Below are positions 24,987-37,699 of a stretch of 64,000 bases of DNA, in pieces; within the stretch, counting starts at the first letter, position 1, and every line of letters starts with the position of its first letter. The DNA is taken from assembly GCF_963921235.1 (NCBI RefSeq), contig NC_086097.1, positions 46,440,001 to 46,504,000 on the forward strand, read 5' to 3'. The notes beneath the pieces were generated by a model. That model did no database searches. It saw only the letters and a list, made by a program, of their open reading frames with translations, and had not been told where the DNA came from. The DNA is from Mobula hypostoma (Eukaryota). The position numbers and the translations under genes are program-made.

Positions 24987-27439
24987 GCCCTCTCAACCAG
25001 CTTCACCTTCAACCTGTCAGCAACTGGAAAGTCTCTCGTTCCTCTGCTAAGGGTTCTTGCATTCCAAAATAGAAACGATCTCCTCTTCAACCCTGCAGTC
25101 TACCATGGATCACATGGTCACCTCGGTTGACATGGCAGATGCATTCTCTGTACAAGAATTCAGAGTTATTACACTTAGGTTTAATGTTGTAGTAAATGCT
25201 GCTTTCCAAAGCAGCACCATTGAAATGTGCATTTATTTGTGATATGTGTTTCACAGAAGCCCATAATTAGCCTCTAACTAATGTACTTGTGGAGATTGTT
25301 ACGCATTGCACTGAACAACGGATGGACTTCTCATCACTGCTATTTAAAGAAATTGCCAACCTTGCAGGTTGGTTAATGATTGATTTCCACTGATAACTGC
25401 AGCCACTGCACACATGGTTGGTACATTCTTGAATGGCAAATTCTGCAGTCGAAGGTGTGATAGGTGCTGATGGAACTTGGACCAAAGCTTTTGCACAAGC
25501 TGGTTCATCTCAAAGGTGGCAGCATGTTTGGCAACAGCTTGCAGACCGAGGGCAAAGAGGAGGAGCAGAAGGGTGTTGAGGGATCAATTCTTCCCACTGA
25601 ACCTCAGAGGGGAACAATGTGTGGGGTGCAAAAGCCTCATTTTAGGTCCTCCTCTTTGAAATCTGGCTATCGCTCGAAGTGCAACTCCTCCCTGTGGAAT
25701 GGACAAGTACTACATTGGCAGTGGTGATCAAAGTGACAATACCTGTAAATATTCATGTGCCAGCCTCCTTTCAGACCAGCGCTGGGGATAACTGTCATAT
25801 CTCACACTCTGTTTTCACCAGGGGATCAGAGACCCACTGAAACCTTCCATTCAAAGTTCAGACACCATATTACTTCCAAGCCAGCAAGCAGCAGATGGGG
25901 GGAGCATATGACTTTTCAATGATTTGAAGCATCCCGAAGGCTCAGGATCCGCTCAGAACCACAATGGAGAGGGACTCCCACTGCAATGGAAGATCAGTTA
26001 ATTCCTCTGACCTCTCTGAGTCACAACACAGCAAGACACTATGCCACGTGAATCTGAGTTGCCATAACAAAACCATAGGGTGGTTATTGATTGACGAGAC
26101 TAATGAGTCATTGCAATCGGCACATGAAAGGTGTTAGAATGGGGCATGAGCGTACTCAAACTAGGCTTCCTTTGCCTGGATATCAGTAGTACCTGGCATT
26201 TTAAGATGCTTGGTAGTCAGCTGTGTGCTGCATAACCCCTCCAACATCAGGAATTACTTACATCACCAAAGTCTCCATCGTAGAATGTAAGAATCAGCCA
26301 AGCCCATCCTCTCCTGTACTGTTCAATCTCTTTTGGCAAATCACAGGCAGCCCCACAATTTACTTTTCCCCTACTGTTACAACTGCAATGTACCTCACTC
26401 TCTGAGGTACTGGCTGGTTTAAGTAAAGCAGGCTTTAGCTTTAAATAGAGCTAATTGTTTATGATTGTGCCCACCTGCTGAGACTCGCAGTCACTCCACA
26501 GCACAGTTAATGCTGCTTAAATGTGCCAGTCATTTAAATTAGCAGGCAGAGGGAAGTTTGCATGCTGCATGCATTGCAATCATTCAGTACAAATTAATTG
26601 TGCATCATTATCGGCTCCCTCCAATCCCTCCCCTAACTGTCTGCGCCTTTCATCCCCACTCCGCAAGCTTCCATCAACGTTTCAGTTGGTGTCATTTCTC
26701 CTCCAGCACTGCCTTCAAACAGGGAGGAAAATGCTTTGCACTGGATTTCAGCTCAGTTAGGGCTCTCTCATGGTATTTCTTCTACAGCACAGATACAAGG
26801 GAAGTGTTGTGCAATGAGAATGAAGCACACTGCTCCTTTCAGGATTATGGCATGTCTCCTCCATACCCAGCCTATCAACCAAAGGCTGCTTTTGTATACA
26901 GTAAGTCGGCAGGACGAGACTGGCTGCTCGAGGCTGAAGTGATGCTGGAAGTGGAAACCCTCAAGACCAAGCTTCTGCTTCTGAACTGGTCTCATCTGAA
27001 CATCAGCTGCCTTCGTAACCTTGTGTTGTGCTGAAATGTAAAAATCCTCTGTAGGAACTCTAGAGTAAGGAAACACCATTTACAAAAGCCCATAGGTGAC
27101 AATATTAGTTTAATACTGTGGCATTATCCATTCAATAGTCATAGCACTGGAAGCATAGTTTTATCTGTGAAGTTATTTTATCATTGCTACTGAGTGTGCA
27201 GTGTAAATATTCAGTGATTATCAATGATCGCCAGATGTTAAAAGGTGTTCACGGAAGGAGGTGGAGAAGGTACAACCCTCTGCTTCAGGTCCTCTCTCAC
27301 TGTTGCCGATCATACCTCACCAAATGACAGAAAGTCTATTTGGTGGCAGGTTTCACTTCTTGTTCCTGTTGGACACCAAACTCATGAAGAAGCAGCAGAT
27401 GATCAAAATCTGTGAGACGTTATGGGAGCTGCAGTGGAA

Positions 27440-28745
27440 ACAGCATCCAGACTTGTTCACTCAACCCTGGAACATCTGGACAGCAACGATTCATACATCA
27501 GGATGCTCTTTATCAATTACAGCTTGGCATTCAGTACTATCATCCCCTCAAAACTAATCAATGAGCCTCAAGACCTTGGCTCAATAATTCCTTGTGTAAT
27601 TGGATCCTCGATTTCCTTACTTCGCAGACCTCTATCAGTTCTGATTGGCAATAACATCTCTTCCACTATCTCCATTAGCATAGGTACAGGTGCACCACAA
27701 GGCTGCGTAGCCCCCTGCTCTATTCACTTTACACTTATGACTGTGTGGCTAAGCAAGTTCCAGTGCCTTATTTAAGTTTGTTGACCACTCTACTTTCGTT
27801 GGCCAAATCAGTATATCGGCATATAGGAGGAAGATTGAAAATTTGTCAGAGTGCTGCCGCAACAACAACCTCTCACTCAATATCAGCAAGTCCAAGGAGC
27901 CATTATTGACTTCAGGAGGTGGAAGCTGCTGGGGGTCCATAAGCCAGTGAGTCCTCATTGGGGGAATCAAAGGCGGAAAAGGTTAGCAACTTCAGATTCC
28001 TCAGTGTTACCTTTTCAGAGGACCTGTCCAGGCAGCGCGCAAGTGCAATTATGAAGAAAGCACAGCAGTGCCTTTACTTCCTTAGAAGTTTGTAAAGATT
28101 CAGCGTAACGCCTAATACTTTGACAAATCCCTATGGATGTGTGGTGGAGAGTATACAGAATGGTTGCATCACAGCCTGGTATGAAAACACCAGTGCTCAT
28201 TAATGGAAAATCCTACAAAAAGTAGTAGAGATGGCCCAGTCTATCACAGGTAAAGCCTCCCCACCACTGAGCATATCCAACTGGAGCGCTGTGCAGGAGA
28301 TCAGCATCCATCATCCAGGACCCTCACCGCCCAAGTCATGCTCTCTTCTCACTGCTGCCATCAGGAAGAAGGCATAGAAGCTTCAGGACTCACACTAGCA
28401 GGTTCAGGAACAGCTTTTACCCCTTCAGGCTCTTGAACTAGTGGGGATAACTTCACTCAACTTCACTTACCTCATCACTGAAATGTTCCCACAACCTATT
28501 GACTCACTTTCAGACTCTGCATGTCATGTTCTCGTTATTTATTGCTTATTTATTTATTATTATTACTTTTTCTCTCTCTTGCATTTGCACATTGGTTGTT
28601 TGTTCAACCCCTTGGGCGTGGTCTTTCATTGCTCCTGTTATTGTTCCTGGTTTTACTGAGTATGCCTACATGAGGATGAAGCTCAGGGTTGTACATGGTG
28701 ATGTAAATGCACTTTGTTAATAAATTTACATTAAAATTTGAATTG
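27440..28745 (+). mobile_element. Rex1/Babar LINE 3' portion, degenerate
   Basis: LEHLDSNDSYIRMLFINYSLAFSTIIPSKLI, GAPQGCV, KKAQQCLYFLR; 3' UTR ending TAATAAATTTACATT. Confidence 0.85.
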
Positions 28746-28947
28746 ATCTATATATGTTCTTCGAGCCATTCAATGGTTATTTCACGGAAGGCTCTGGAAG
28801 CATCATGGAAGGGCAGATTTTAGCAAGGTGTTGTGTGCAGCATAAATACGGTATGCAGTGAATCAGCCTCTCAACAGGGCCAAAGAGTGAGGGATTGAGT
28901 GTTGCATGTTAAAACTGGCAAATCAATATAGGAATATCAGCAAAGAG

Positions 28948-29245
28948 AATCAGAATCTGGTTTATTATCATGTCATGAAATATGTTGTTTTGTGGCAGCA
29001 GTATGGTGCAAGATATAAAAATTACAATGAATTTCAAAAAGAATAGTGAAAAACTGAATAGTGAGGCAGTGCTCATGGACCATTCAGAAACCCGCTGGCA
29101 GAGGGGAAGAAGCTGTCCCTAAAGTGTTGAGTGTGAGTCTTCAAGCTCCTGTACCTCCTCCCAATGGAAGTAATGAGAAGAGGGCAGGCCCCAGATGGTA
29201 GGGGTCCTTAATGAAGAATGCCACCTTCTTCAGGCACTGCCTTTT
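28948..29245 (-). mobile_element. Rex1-type 3' end fragment
   Basis: (AGAATC)n tail; same sequence family as 38360-38660 and 59250-59660. Confidence 0.7.
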
Positions 29246-29254
29246 GTGTAGTGC

Positions 29255-29480
29255 ACTAGTGGCGATCACGCAGGAAGGGAACGTCAAGGAGGGATCGTCA
29301 GCTCAGACCATGACAGGCCTGCGTCGGGCATTTTCATGCCTTACAAGGCGCAGATTGGAAGTCCGTGTGGGGCGCCACTCCTCGCACAGACTAGAGCAAT
29401 GTGTGATTAAGTGCCTTGCTCAAGGACACAAACACGCTGCCACAGCTGAGGCTCGAACTAGCGCCCTTCAGATCACTAGA
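29255..29480 (-). mobile_element. tRNA-derived SINE with a CORE-like segment, relatively CpG-rich
   Basis: Minus strand TAGTTCGAGCC (B-box-like) then GTGTCCTTGAGCAAGGCACTTAA (CORE-like). Confidence 0.55.
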
Positions 29481-29721
29481 GGGGTGAATATTTTGGGACC
29501 GAAGGTATTTTTGTTCATTTAGCAGAACACATAGAATCTGCAGAAGGAAAAATGGTCCATGCAGCCATCAGTAAGGAGACAACTATAATTGTTGTAAAAC
29601 CTACCTCCCTTTCCTGCTGGCTATTGGCTTTTGCAGACAACATTTCAAATTTGTTAGTCTTAGAAAAAAGAACACCAATTCCTGCTTAAATCAGGAAAGC
29701 ACAGCAATTCACTTAACGTGT

Positions 29722-29854
29722 ACAACAAAAACAACAGGAATTCCGCAGATGCTGGAAATTCAAGCAACACACATCAAAGTTGCTGGTGAACGCAGCAGGC
29801 CAGGCAGCATCTGTAGGAAGAGGTGCAGTCGACGTTTCAGGCCGAGACCCTCCG
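29722..29854 (-). mobile_element. Short Penelope-like terminal fragment with a 13-bp TSD and a truncated hammerhead motif
   Basis: Perfect direct repeat TCACTTAACGTGT at 29709-29721 and 29855-29867; the insert matches the 3' ends of the GIY-YIG elements at 36260-37090 and 40480-41440. Confidence 0.8.
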
Positions 29855-30469
29855 TCACTTAACGTGTGGTGTTTTTTGGACAAACCCAAGGTACAAATTG
29901 TGCCAGAGGAACTTTTACAGCAAAAATATCAAACCCCCATGTTTTATATTTCACCTCCATTGAAGTCGGGTATTAGTGCAACTATATAAACACATTCTAT
30001 GGATTGCACGGCAGCAGCACATGAATCATTGTGGACAATGCAGATTACTCATAACAACACAGAAGGAGCCATTTGGCCCATGCACTTTTATGCCATCTCC
30101 CAATGGAGCAGTCCCACTAGTCCCAGTTTTCCTCTCTTTGTTCTCCTGCATTTACTCTCTCTCACACATGCTTATGACCCTCCATCCCCTTTTACCATGA
30201 ACAGCATAATGAACGGGTTCTGTTTTTACTGATGTCTGTAAGCTGGTTTTGCCCATAGTTGGAAAATCAGTGGATATTGTAACAACACTTCCTCAGTGTT
30301 GTAATGAACAGCATCCAAAATACATGAAGCTGATAAGCAAGAACGACTACTAAAAGTGGAAAGGCCATTTGCAGGAGCAAACATATGTACATATGTTGGA
30401 CTAATTAATTCAATATTATGAGAACTTGTTCATATGTACAGATGTCCGTAAATTGGGAGTTCATAACCC

Positions 30470-30672
30470 AGGGCGGTCTGTACAAAGGAATCATTTACAG
30501 CAGTCAGTTAATCTCCCACCGCATCTTGGAAATAAGGAGATATCTGGAGTGCTCAGAGGAAATCCATGGGGTCACAGAGAGAACATGCCAATTCCACACA
30601 GGCAACACCCAAGGGCAAGGTTAGACCTAGATGCCTGACACAGAGCCAGCAGCACTAACTGCTGCACCACCA
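30470..30672 (-). mobile_element. V-SINE/HE1-like SINE, degenerate
   Basis: Minus strand GGTGGTGCAGCAGTTAGTGCTGCTG (A-box-like) ... TGTGTGGAATTGGCATGTTCTCTCTGTGACCCCATGGATTTCCTCTGAGCACTCC (V domain). Confidence 0.65.
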
Positions 30673-30984
30673 TATTGCAACGGTAAATTTCTCTGCCACG
30701 GCTCCTGTTCTACACCGCACCTTCACTGGAAATCTCATAGAGCTGACTTACACACTTAAACTGGTTTTCTTTATATTAGTGACTCCGGATCTGAGTAAGT
30801 TCAGCATTTATTTCCCTTGAGAAGGTAGCATAGAGTGATCCTCTTGAACTGTTGCAGTCTTTTTAGTGAAGGTACAACAGTAGTTTTGAGAAAAAAGTTG
30901 CAAGTTTTAGACATGGCAATGGTGGGGACGTACTTCCAGGTGGTGCTTGACTTGGAGCAAGACCGCAGGTGTAGTCTTCCCATA

Positions 30985-32605
30985 CAGTGGCATGAAAAAG
31001 TTTGGGCGCCCCTGGTCAAAAATTTCTTTTACTGTGAATAGCTAAGCAAGTAAGGGATGAACTGATTTCCAAACCACATTAGGTTAAAGATGACACATTT
31101 CTTTAATATTTTAAGCAAGGTAACTTTTTTATTTCCATCCTTCACAGTTTCAAAATGACAAAAAAGGGCCCGAAGCGAAAGTTTGGGCACCTACATGGTC
31201 AATACTTAGTAACACCCCCTTTGGCAAGTATCACAGCTTGTAAACGCTTTTTGTAGCCAGCTAAGAGTCTTTCAATTCTTGTTTTGGGGGTTTTTGCACA
31301 TTCTTCCTTGCTGGCTTCTAGTTCTGTGAGATTCTTGGGCCGTCTTGCATGCACTGCTCTTTTGAGGTCTATCCACAGATTCTCGATGATGTTTAGTTCA
31401 GGGGACTGTGAGGGCCGTGGCAAAACCTTCAGCTTGCGCCTCTTGAGGTAGTCCATTGTGGATTTTCAGGTGTGTTTAGGATCATTATCCTGTTGTAGAA
31501 GCCCATCCTCTTTTCATCTTCAGCTTTTTTACAGACGGTGTGATGTTTGCTTCCAGAATTTGCTGGTGTTTAATTGAATTCATTCTTCCCTCTACCAGTA
31601 AATGTTCCCCATGCCACTGGCTGCAACACAAGCCCAAAGCATGATCGATCCACCCCCACCCCAGTGTTTAACAGTTGGAGAGGGGTTCTTTTCATGAAAT
31701 TCTGAGCCCTTTTTTCTCCAAACATACCTTTGCTCATTGCGGCCTAAAAGTTCTATTTTAACTTCATCAGTCCACAGGACTTGTTTCCAAAATGCATCAG
31801 GCTGGTTTAGATGTTCCTTTGAACCCTTTGAATAAAACTTTTTGGCCGCAATGAGCAAAGGTATGTTTGGAGAAAAAAGGGTGCAGAATTTCATTAAAAG
31901 AGCACCTCTCCAACTGTTAAGCACGGGGGTGGATCGATCATGCTTTGGGCTTCTGTTGCAGCCTGTGGCACGGGGAACATTTACTGGTAAGAGGGAAGAA
32001 TGAATTCAATTAAATACCAGCAAATTCTGGAAGCAAACATCACACCGTCTGTAAAAAAGCTGAAGGTGAAAAGAGGATGGCTTCTACAACAGGATAATGA
32101 ACCTAAACGTACCTCAAAATCCACAATGGACTACCTCAAGAGGTGCAAGCTGAAGGTTTTGCCATGGGCCTCACAGTCCCCTGACCTAAATATCATTGAA
32201 AATCTGTGGACAGACCTCAAAAGAGCAGTGCATGCAAGACGGCTCAAGAATCTCACAGAACTAGAAGCCTTTTGCAAGGAAGAATGTGCAAAAATCCCCC
32301 AAACAAGAATTGAAAGACTCTTAGCTGGCTACAAAAAGCGTTTACAAGCTGTGATACTTGCCAAAGGAGGTGTTACCAAGTACTGCCATGCAGGGTGCCC
32401 AAACTTTTGCTTCGGGCCCTTTTTCCTTTTTCTTATTTTGAAACTGTATAAGATAGAAATAAAAAAGTTTTCTTGCTTAAAGTTTTAAAAAAAAGGTGTC
32501 ATCTTTAACTTCATGCCTTTTGGAAATCAGTTCATCTTTTACTTGCTTAGCTATTCACAGTAACAGAAATTTTGACCGGGGTGCCCAAACATTTGCATGC
32601 CACTG
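30985..32605. mobile_element. Tc1/mariner (DD34E, IR/DR-type) derivative made of two inverted 3' halves; non-autonomous
   Basis: TA|CAGTGGCATG...CATGCCACTG|TA termini; internal DRs AAAGTTTGGGC(G/A)CC; transposase C-terminal half on both strands (31199..31456 minus, 32000..32488 plus; QQD-34aa-E in SPDLNIIENLW). Confidence 0.95.
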
Positions 32606-33504
32606 TATATCTGCTGCCCTGACCTTCTTAGTGATGGGGGTCCTGGGTTCACTAGATGTGTAGAGAAATTATACTGATGTCAAAGGAATACAGGATAACT
32701 CTAGGCCTGTGACTTTCTCCATAGCATAAAACCATCAGGTGTGTTTTGAGATTTCTGTTTGGTTCTTAAACCTTAAATCATTATTTTTTATTTTGTTTCT
32801 AGTTTTATAACTTTTGTATGTTTCTCTCCAATCAATTTCTAAAGCTGCAAAGTATACTGTACATTGCAGGTTGCACCATATCATTGTAGACTTCTTAAAT
32901 TTTTGGGGTGTTGTGGGCAAGAAACTTACCTTCCCAAATAATGATGACATCTTCTGCCAAGCTAGTAATGTGCCTGTGTAATCTGAAGACTTTTGAGGTG
33001 CATCATTAAACTAGACTGCTGTAAAATGCAATGTCAAATAATGTATGGTGGCCTCCATGGGGGGTATCACACTTTATTTTGTTGGAAGCTAAGCATTCAT
33101 TATCAGATCGTGTTGCCACATTCACAAGAATATGAAGCCAAAACTGTTTCTCAATCACTTTATACCTGGTCTATGGATTCAACTACCAGCATGAAGCAGG
33201 TAAGTGTTAAAAGGGGGAAAAAAGCTGGGAAAATGCAGTATCAATATGAGATGCAACATAACTACCATTTCCTGCCTCTTCCACTGTCAAAACTATACTT
33301 GTATGCACTTAAATTCTGGTGCTAAATTGTCACTGACTTAGTAAGGCCAATTAAAGGGTTGTTAATGACTCACCACACTGCTGTTATTTTGCTTGAGGAA
33401 ATAGATACTTCCATGGGGATTGAATTCAGTAAATGACCTGCTTTTGGAAGGGTGACTTTTAGCTGAGAAATACTTCAAGTGCATTACCAATATGGGAGAG
33501 ATGT

Positions 33505-34150
33505 TGCCTTAGATTCCGATTCGTTTATTTATTGCACACACCTGGAAGCATTCAGTGAAATTCATGCTTGCATTGGCAACCAACCCAACCTAAGGATGTG
33601 CTGGGGCCAGCCCCCGTAAGTGACATCACACATTCTGGTGCTAACAAAGCACACCCATAATGTTGAGCGGAACAAAACAAGCAAGAACTAAAATAACACA
33701 ATAGTGGCAATAAAACAGGACAACAACTGCAAAACAAGCTCGTTTTCCCCTGTCCCCCACCCCCCCCCCACACACACACACACACACAGACATGTCTCCA
33801 ACGCCACAACAGTGCACCTCTGGACTTCCAACCTCCAGGTCTCAGCCCAGTCTCACAGACTAGCAAATGTCAGGCCTTCAGCTTTCAGACTCACCGACCC
33901 TGGGGCTTCATATTTCGGGCTTCAACCTTTGATATTACCCCACAAATTGCTGATCACAGGACTTTGAACTCCAGGCCTCAAACTCTGGAACTGCACAGGT
34001 CTCTGAGCCCAGGATACATTGACCTGGGACAGGAGGGAGGGTAGTGTGTGTTGGTTATCCCTGGCCCAGACTTGTAGACTCACAAACGTTGGGCCTCCAA
34101 CTCCCAGCACGCCAACATGGAGCCTTGACTTCTGGACCTATTGACTCTGA
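33505..34150 (-). mobile_element. Unclassified non-autonomous retroposon fragment
   Basis: 33510-33680 matches 41835-41975 (AGGATGTGCTGGGG...AAGTG.CA.CACAC); short tandem tail. Confidence 0.45.
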
Positions 34151-35599
34151 AAATGAAGATTCCTCTACTTATTTCCAAACACTGAATTCATTAATCCCTC
34201 CGCTAGCAACCACAACAATTTTGGTCTAGGCCATGAATATTGAAAGCAGATAAACACCACGGATGGTGCACTCGTGGTTCCTGCTGGGATTTACCATCTT
34301 TACTTGGCTCAGCTCCCAACAAATGTGAACTGTAGCCTTTATGCATTTATTATTTATTTGGTATTAAGATGGTAAAGCCTAAGATTTATGATTGACCATT
34401 CTTGCAAATATTCCTCTTTTACTTGTTTTTTATATGTACTTTTAAAAATCAGTTACAGGTTAATGCTAACAAGCAAGGCTGAATGTCATAAAATGTAATA
34501 TTGGTGCTTTGCAGAGATGTGTCCTTCTTGGGCATCTAGTTGGTGGGAGTGGCTTCAATTGTAACTGTAAAAGCTGAAATTTTACAGCTTAATTTGGCAA
34601 CATGAATAATTTGCGATTTATAGTCACTACTGAAATGACAACTATTCCTCTGAGTTAACCACGCTTAATTTATAGACAATAGACATAATTGGCAGGTGAA
34701 GTTGTTTATTTCAATTTTTTGCAATTATCACTGAAAGAGGAGCTGTGTGCAATTAATCTATGTGTAATTGTTCTGGTGATTATTATATGAGATCAAGACA
34801 TATTGCAGATGTTGGTGAGACAATATTTACCACAACAGTTTATCAATCCAGGATGTACATGTAGTACAGTAATTTGTAATAAGAAAACGGTCATCTCTTC
34901 CTATTCCAGTTTTAGATATAAACAGAGTGGTAGTGGAATGAAACATGAGAAAGCTCCATCATTAACATGATCATCCTTTTGATCTGAGATCAGGCAGACA
35001 AAAGCAAGGTTGTGTCAAATTATATCGACAGGACCCTAATATTACTACCTCCACCTGTCCAGAGTATCTAGGCAGTTGAAGCAACAAGTTCTGTCCAGTA
35101 GCAGGTAAAGAGATCCTTTACTTGTAATGAAAACAGAAATTGATAGGAGTATTCAGATGGCCAGGGATTATCTGTACAAAAATAAACAGAATTAATATGT
35201 ATTTCTCGGTTTCCTCTCACACAGGTGGTGTCTGATCTGCTGAGTGTTTTCAGCATTTACTGTCCTTAGGTCAGATTTCAGAAAACTGAGTTGTTGATTC
35301 TTCTTGGGAAATGCCGACAGCACAGAAGAAATCTGTGATGGTAAAATACTGCCAGTACTGGACACTTGAAATAAAGAACAAAATACTGAAAATACTCAGC
35401 AGGTTGAGCAACTTGTATGGAAAGGAAAACTAGTAATGTTTCAGGCCAGTGACCTTTCACCTCATTCGATTGAGAAGTCATTGTGTTATTTGTGTAACGA
35501 GCATTAAAAGCTTCAATTCCTTCCATCTACTGCAGAGGAGATCAAGCCAGCTGAAAATAACTACTCAATTTTGCTCCCATTCCTTCTACCCTTTCCTTA

Positions 35600-35960
35600 T
35601 AACCATGTAACAATTACAGTATGGAAACAGGCCATCTCGGCCCTTCTAGTGCATGCTGAACACCTACTCTCACCTAGTTCCACTGACCTGCACTCAGCCC
35701 ATAACCCTCCATTCCTTTCCTGTCCATATATCTATCCAATTTAACGTTAAATAACAATATCGAACCTGCCTCTACCACTTCTGCTGGAAGCTCGTTCCAT
35801 ACAGCTACCACTCTCTGAGTAAAGAAGTTCCCCCTCATGCTACCCCTAAACTTTTGCCCACTAACTCTCAACTCATATCCTCTTTTTGAGTCTCCCCTAC
35901 TCTCAAAGGAAAAAGCCTATCCACGTCAACTCTATCTATCTCCCTCATAATTTTAAATAC
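35600..35960 (-). mobile_element. CR1 3' end (same family as 7188-10930)
   Basis: Near-identical to 7190-7550; RGNFFTQRVVAVWNELP. Confidence 0.9.
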
Positions 35961-35964
35961 TTTT

Positions 35965-37092
35965 AAGATAGAACTGCAATTTTATCATCATTGCCAGCTG
36001 CATTCAGTTTTCACTTTCCATAGGAATCGCTCTCAATGTGACTCCCTTATCTGATCATCCCACCCCACCAATGGCCCTCCAAGCATTTATCCCTGCAACA
36101 CACACAAAATGCTGGAGGAACTCAGCAGGCCAGGCAGCATCTCTGGCCAAAACATCGACTGTACTTTTATTCCATAAACGCTGCCTGGCCTGCTGAGTTC
36201 CTCCAGCATTTTGTGTGTGTTGCTTGGATTTCCAGCATCTGCAGATTTTCTCTTGTTTGTGACTTATCCTTGCAATCGCAGCTAGTGTTACACATTCTCC
36301 CTCACCACCATTCGGGGCCCTAAGCCATCCTTCCAGGTAAGGTAGTCTTTCACATGTGAATGCATTAGTGTCACTGATTACATCTGCTGCTCCTGGCATG
36401 GCATCCTCCACATTTGTGAGACATGAGACAGATCGGAGGAATCACTTCGTTGAGAACCTTCACTCTGTCCTCTTAATACCCAGGATCACCCGGTAGCCAG
36501 CCATTTAATTCCTCTTCCCATTCCCACATTGATATGCTGGTCCACAACCTCCTCTTACGGTCGACTGAGGCTAAGCACAGATTAGAGAAGCAGCACTTTA
36601 TCTTCTGCCTTGGTAGTCTCCAACCTGACAGCATGAACATCAATTTCTCTAACTCCCAATAACTTCTCCCCTCTGTCCTTATACCAACAACCCTGTCAAC
36701 CCATGTCTTTCCCCTCACACGTCCTCTCGATCTGCCCATCACCCACAATTCCTCCTTCAGTTCCCTTCCTCACCACCGTCCCTTTATTCCATGGTCCACT
36801 GTTCTCTACTCTATGATTCCATCTTCTTCAGCCTTTGTCACTTCCATAATCACCTCACAGCTTCTTACATCATTACCATTCTCCCGTTCCCTCACCTGCA
36901 TATCCCCCCACCTCACCTGGATCCACCTCCTCCCCTCAACTTTTTACACTGGCCTCTTTCCTTTTTCTTTCCAGTCCTGTTGATAGACCTCGAGTTGAAA
37001 TGTCAGCAATAGATACTATCTGTCCTGCTGAGTTCCTCCACAATTCTTTTTGTGTTACTCCAGATCCCAGCTTCTCAGTGTCTCTTGTATCT
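35965..37092 (+). mobile_element. Penelope-like element 3' part (GIY-YIG endonuclease remnant and terminal region), with a younger inverted terminus inserted at 36095-36263
   Basis: Frameshifted translation YPCNR..TIRGPK.SFQV..SFTCE..YICCS..LHICET..SHSH.DM..RLEKQH.IF.LGSLQPD.MNINFSN; pyrimidine-rich UTR; degenerate hammerhead core at 36972-37004. Confidence 0.8.
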
Positions 37093-37699
37093 CCATCCCA
37101 ATCAGCAAGCTATTAGAATTCAAAGAGCTTGCATAGAAACCTGGAACCTGTTTTTGAATACTAGATTGCTCATGCTTTACCAGAGAAGGTGGTGCAGGAG
37201 ATCAATTCTGGCTGAAATTGCATCAATCCTGAAAATGTCCTTGGGTGCATTAACATGCTTTATGTTTTAACTGCGTTAAGTGCAAGCCAAATGAGATCAT
37301 AGTGTGCATAATGCCCGTGCTGACATAAACTGGAGCGGAGATCTCCAGAACTTGAATATCCTGAATCTCAGTAGAAGTAGAAGTGGTTACTGTATTTATT
37401 TTTCCTATTTGAAAGGATACTCCGCTGACATCAGGAGACCTGATTGGGCACCTTCACAATTGATTGTGCAAGCACTTGCCGAAATCTGCAGACTCTCCTA
37501 TAGCAAAAAGGGAGTGCTCTACAAGTCAAAGTCAAAGATGAGTTTATTGTCATATGCACAGGCACAATGAAAAACTTGCAGCAGCGTCACAGGTATATAG
37601 GGTCAGATAAGCAACGTTCACAAAGAAAACATGAATTAAACAAACCATAAATAATTTTTACAAGAAACAATGTTTTCACAATTAGAACAAAAAGACAGT

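Noticed and set aside
24650..26230. Possible very old Tx1/L1-like remnant on the minus strand
   Set aside because: Only vague motif resemblance; cannot be supported without a profile search.
26558..27034. 158-aa ORF
   Set aside because: No recognisable domain or splice support; looks like a random open frame.
32000..32488. 162-aa transposase ORF as an active or domesticated gene
   Set aside because: Lacks the DNA-binding domain and first catalytic D; has lost its normal stop; part of a foldback element.
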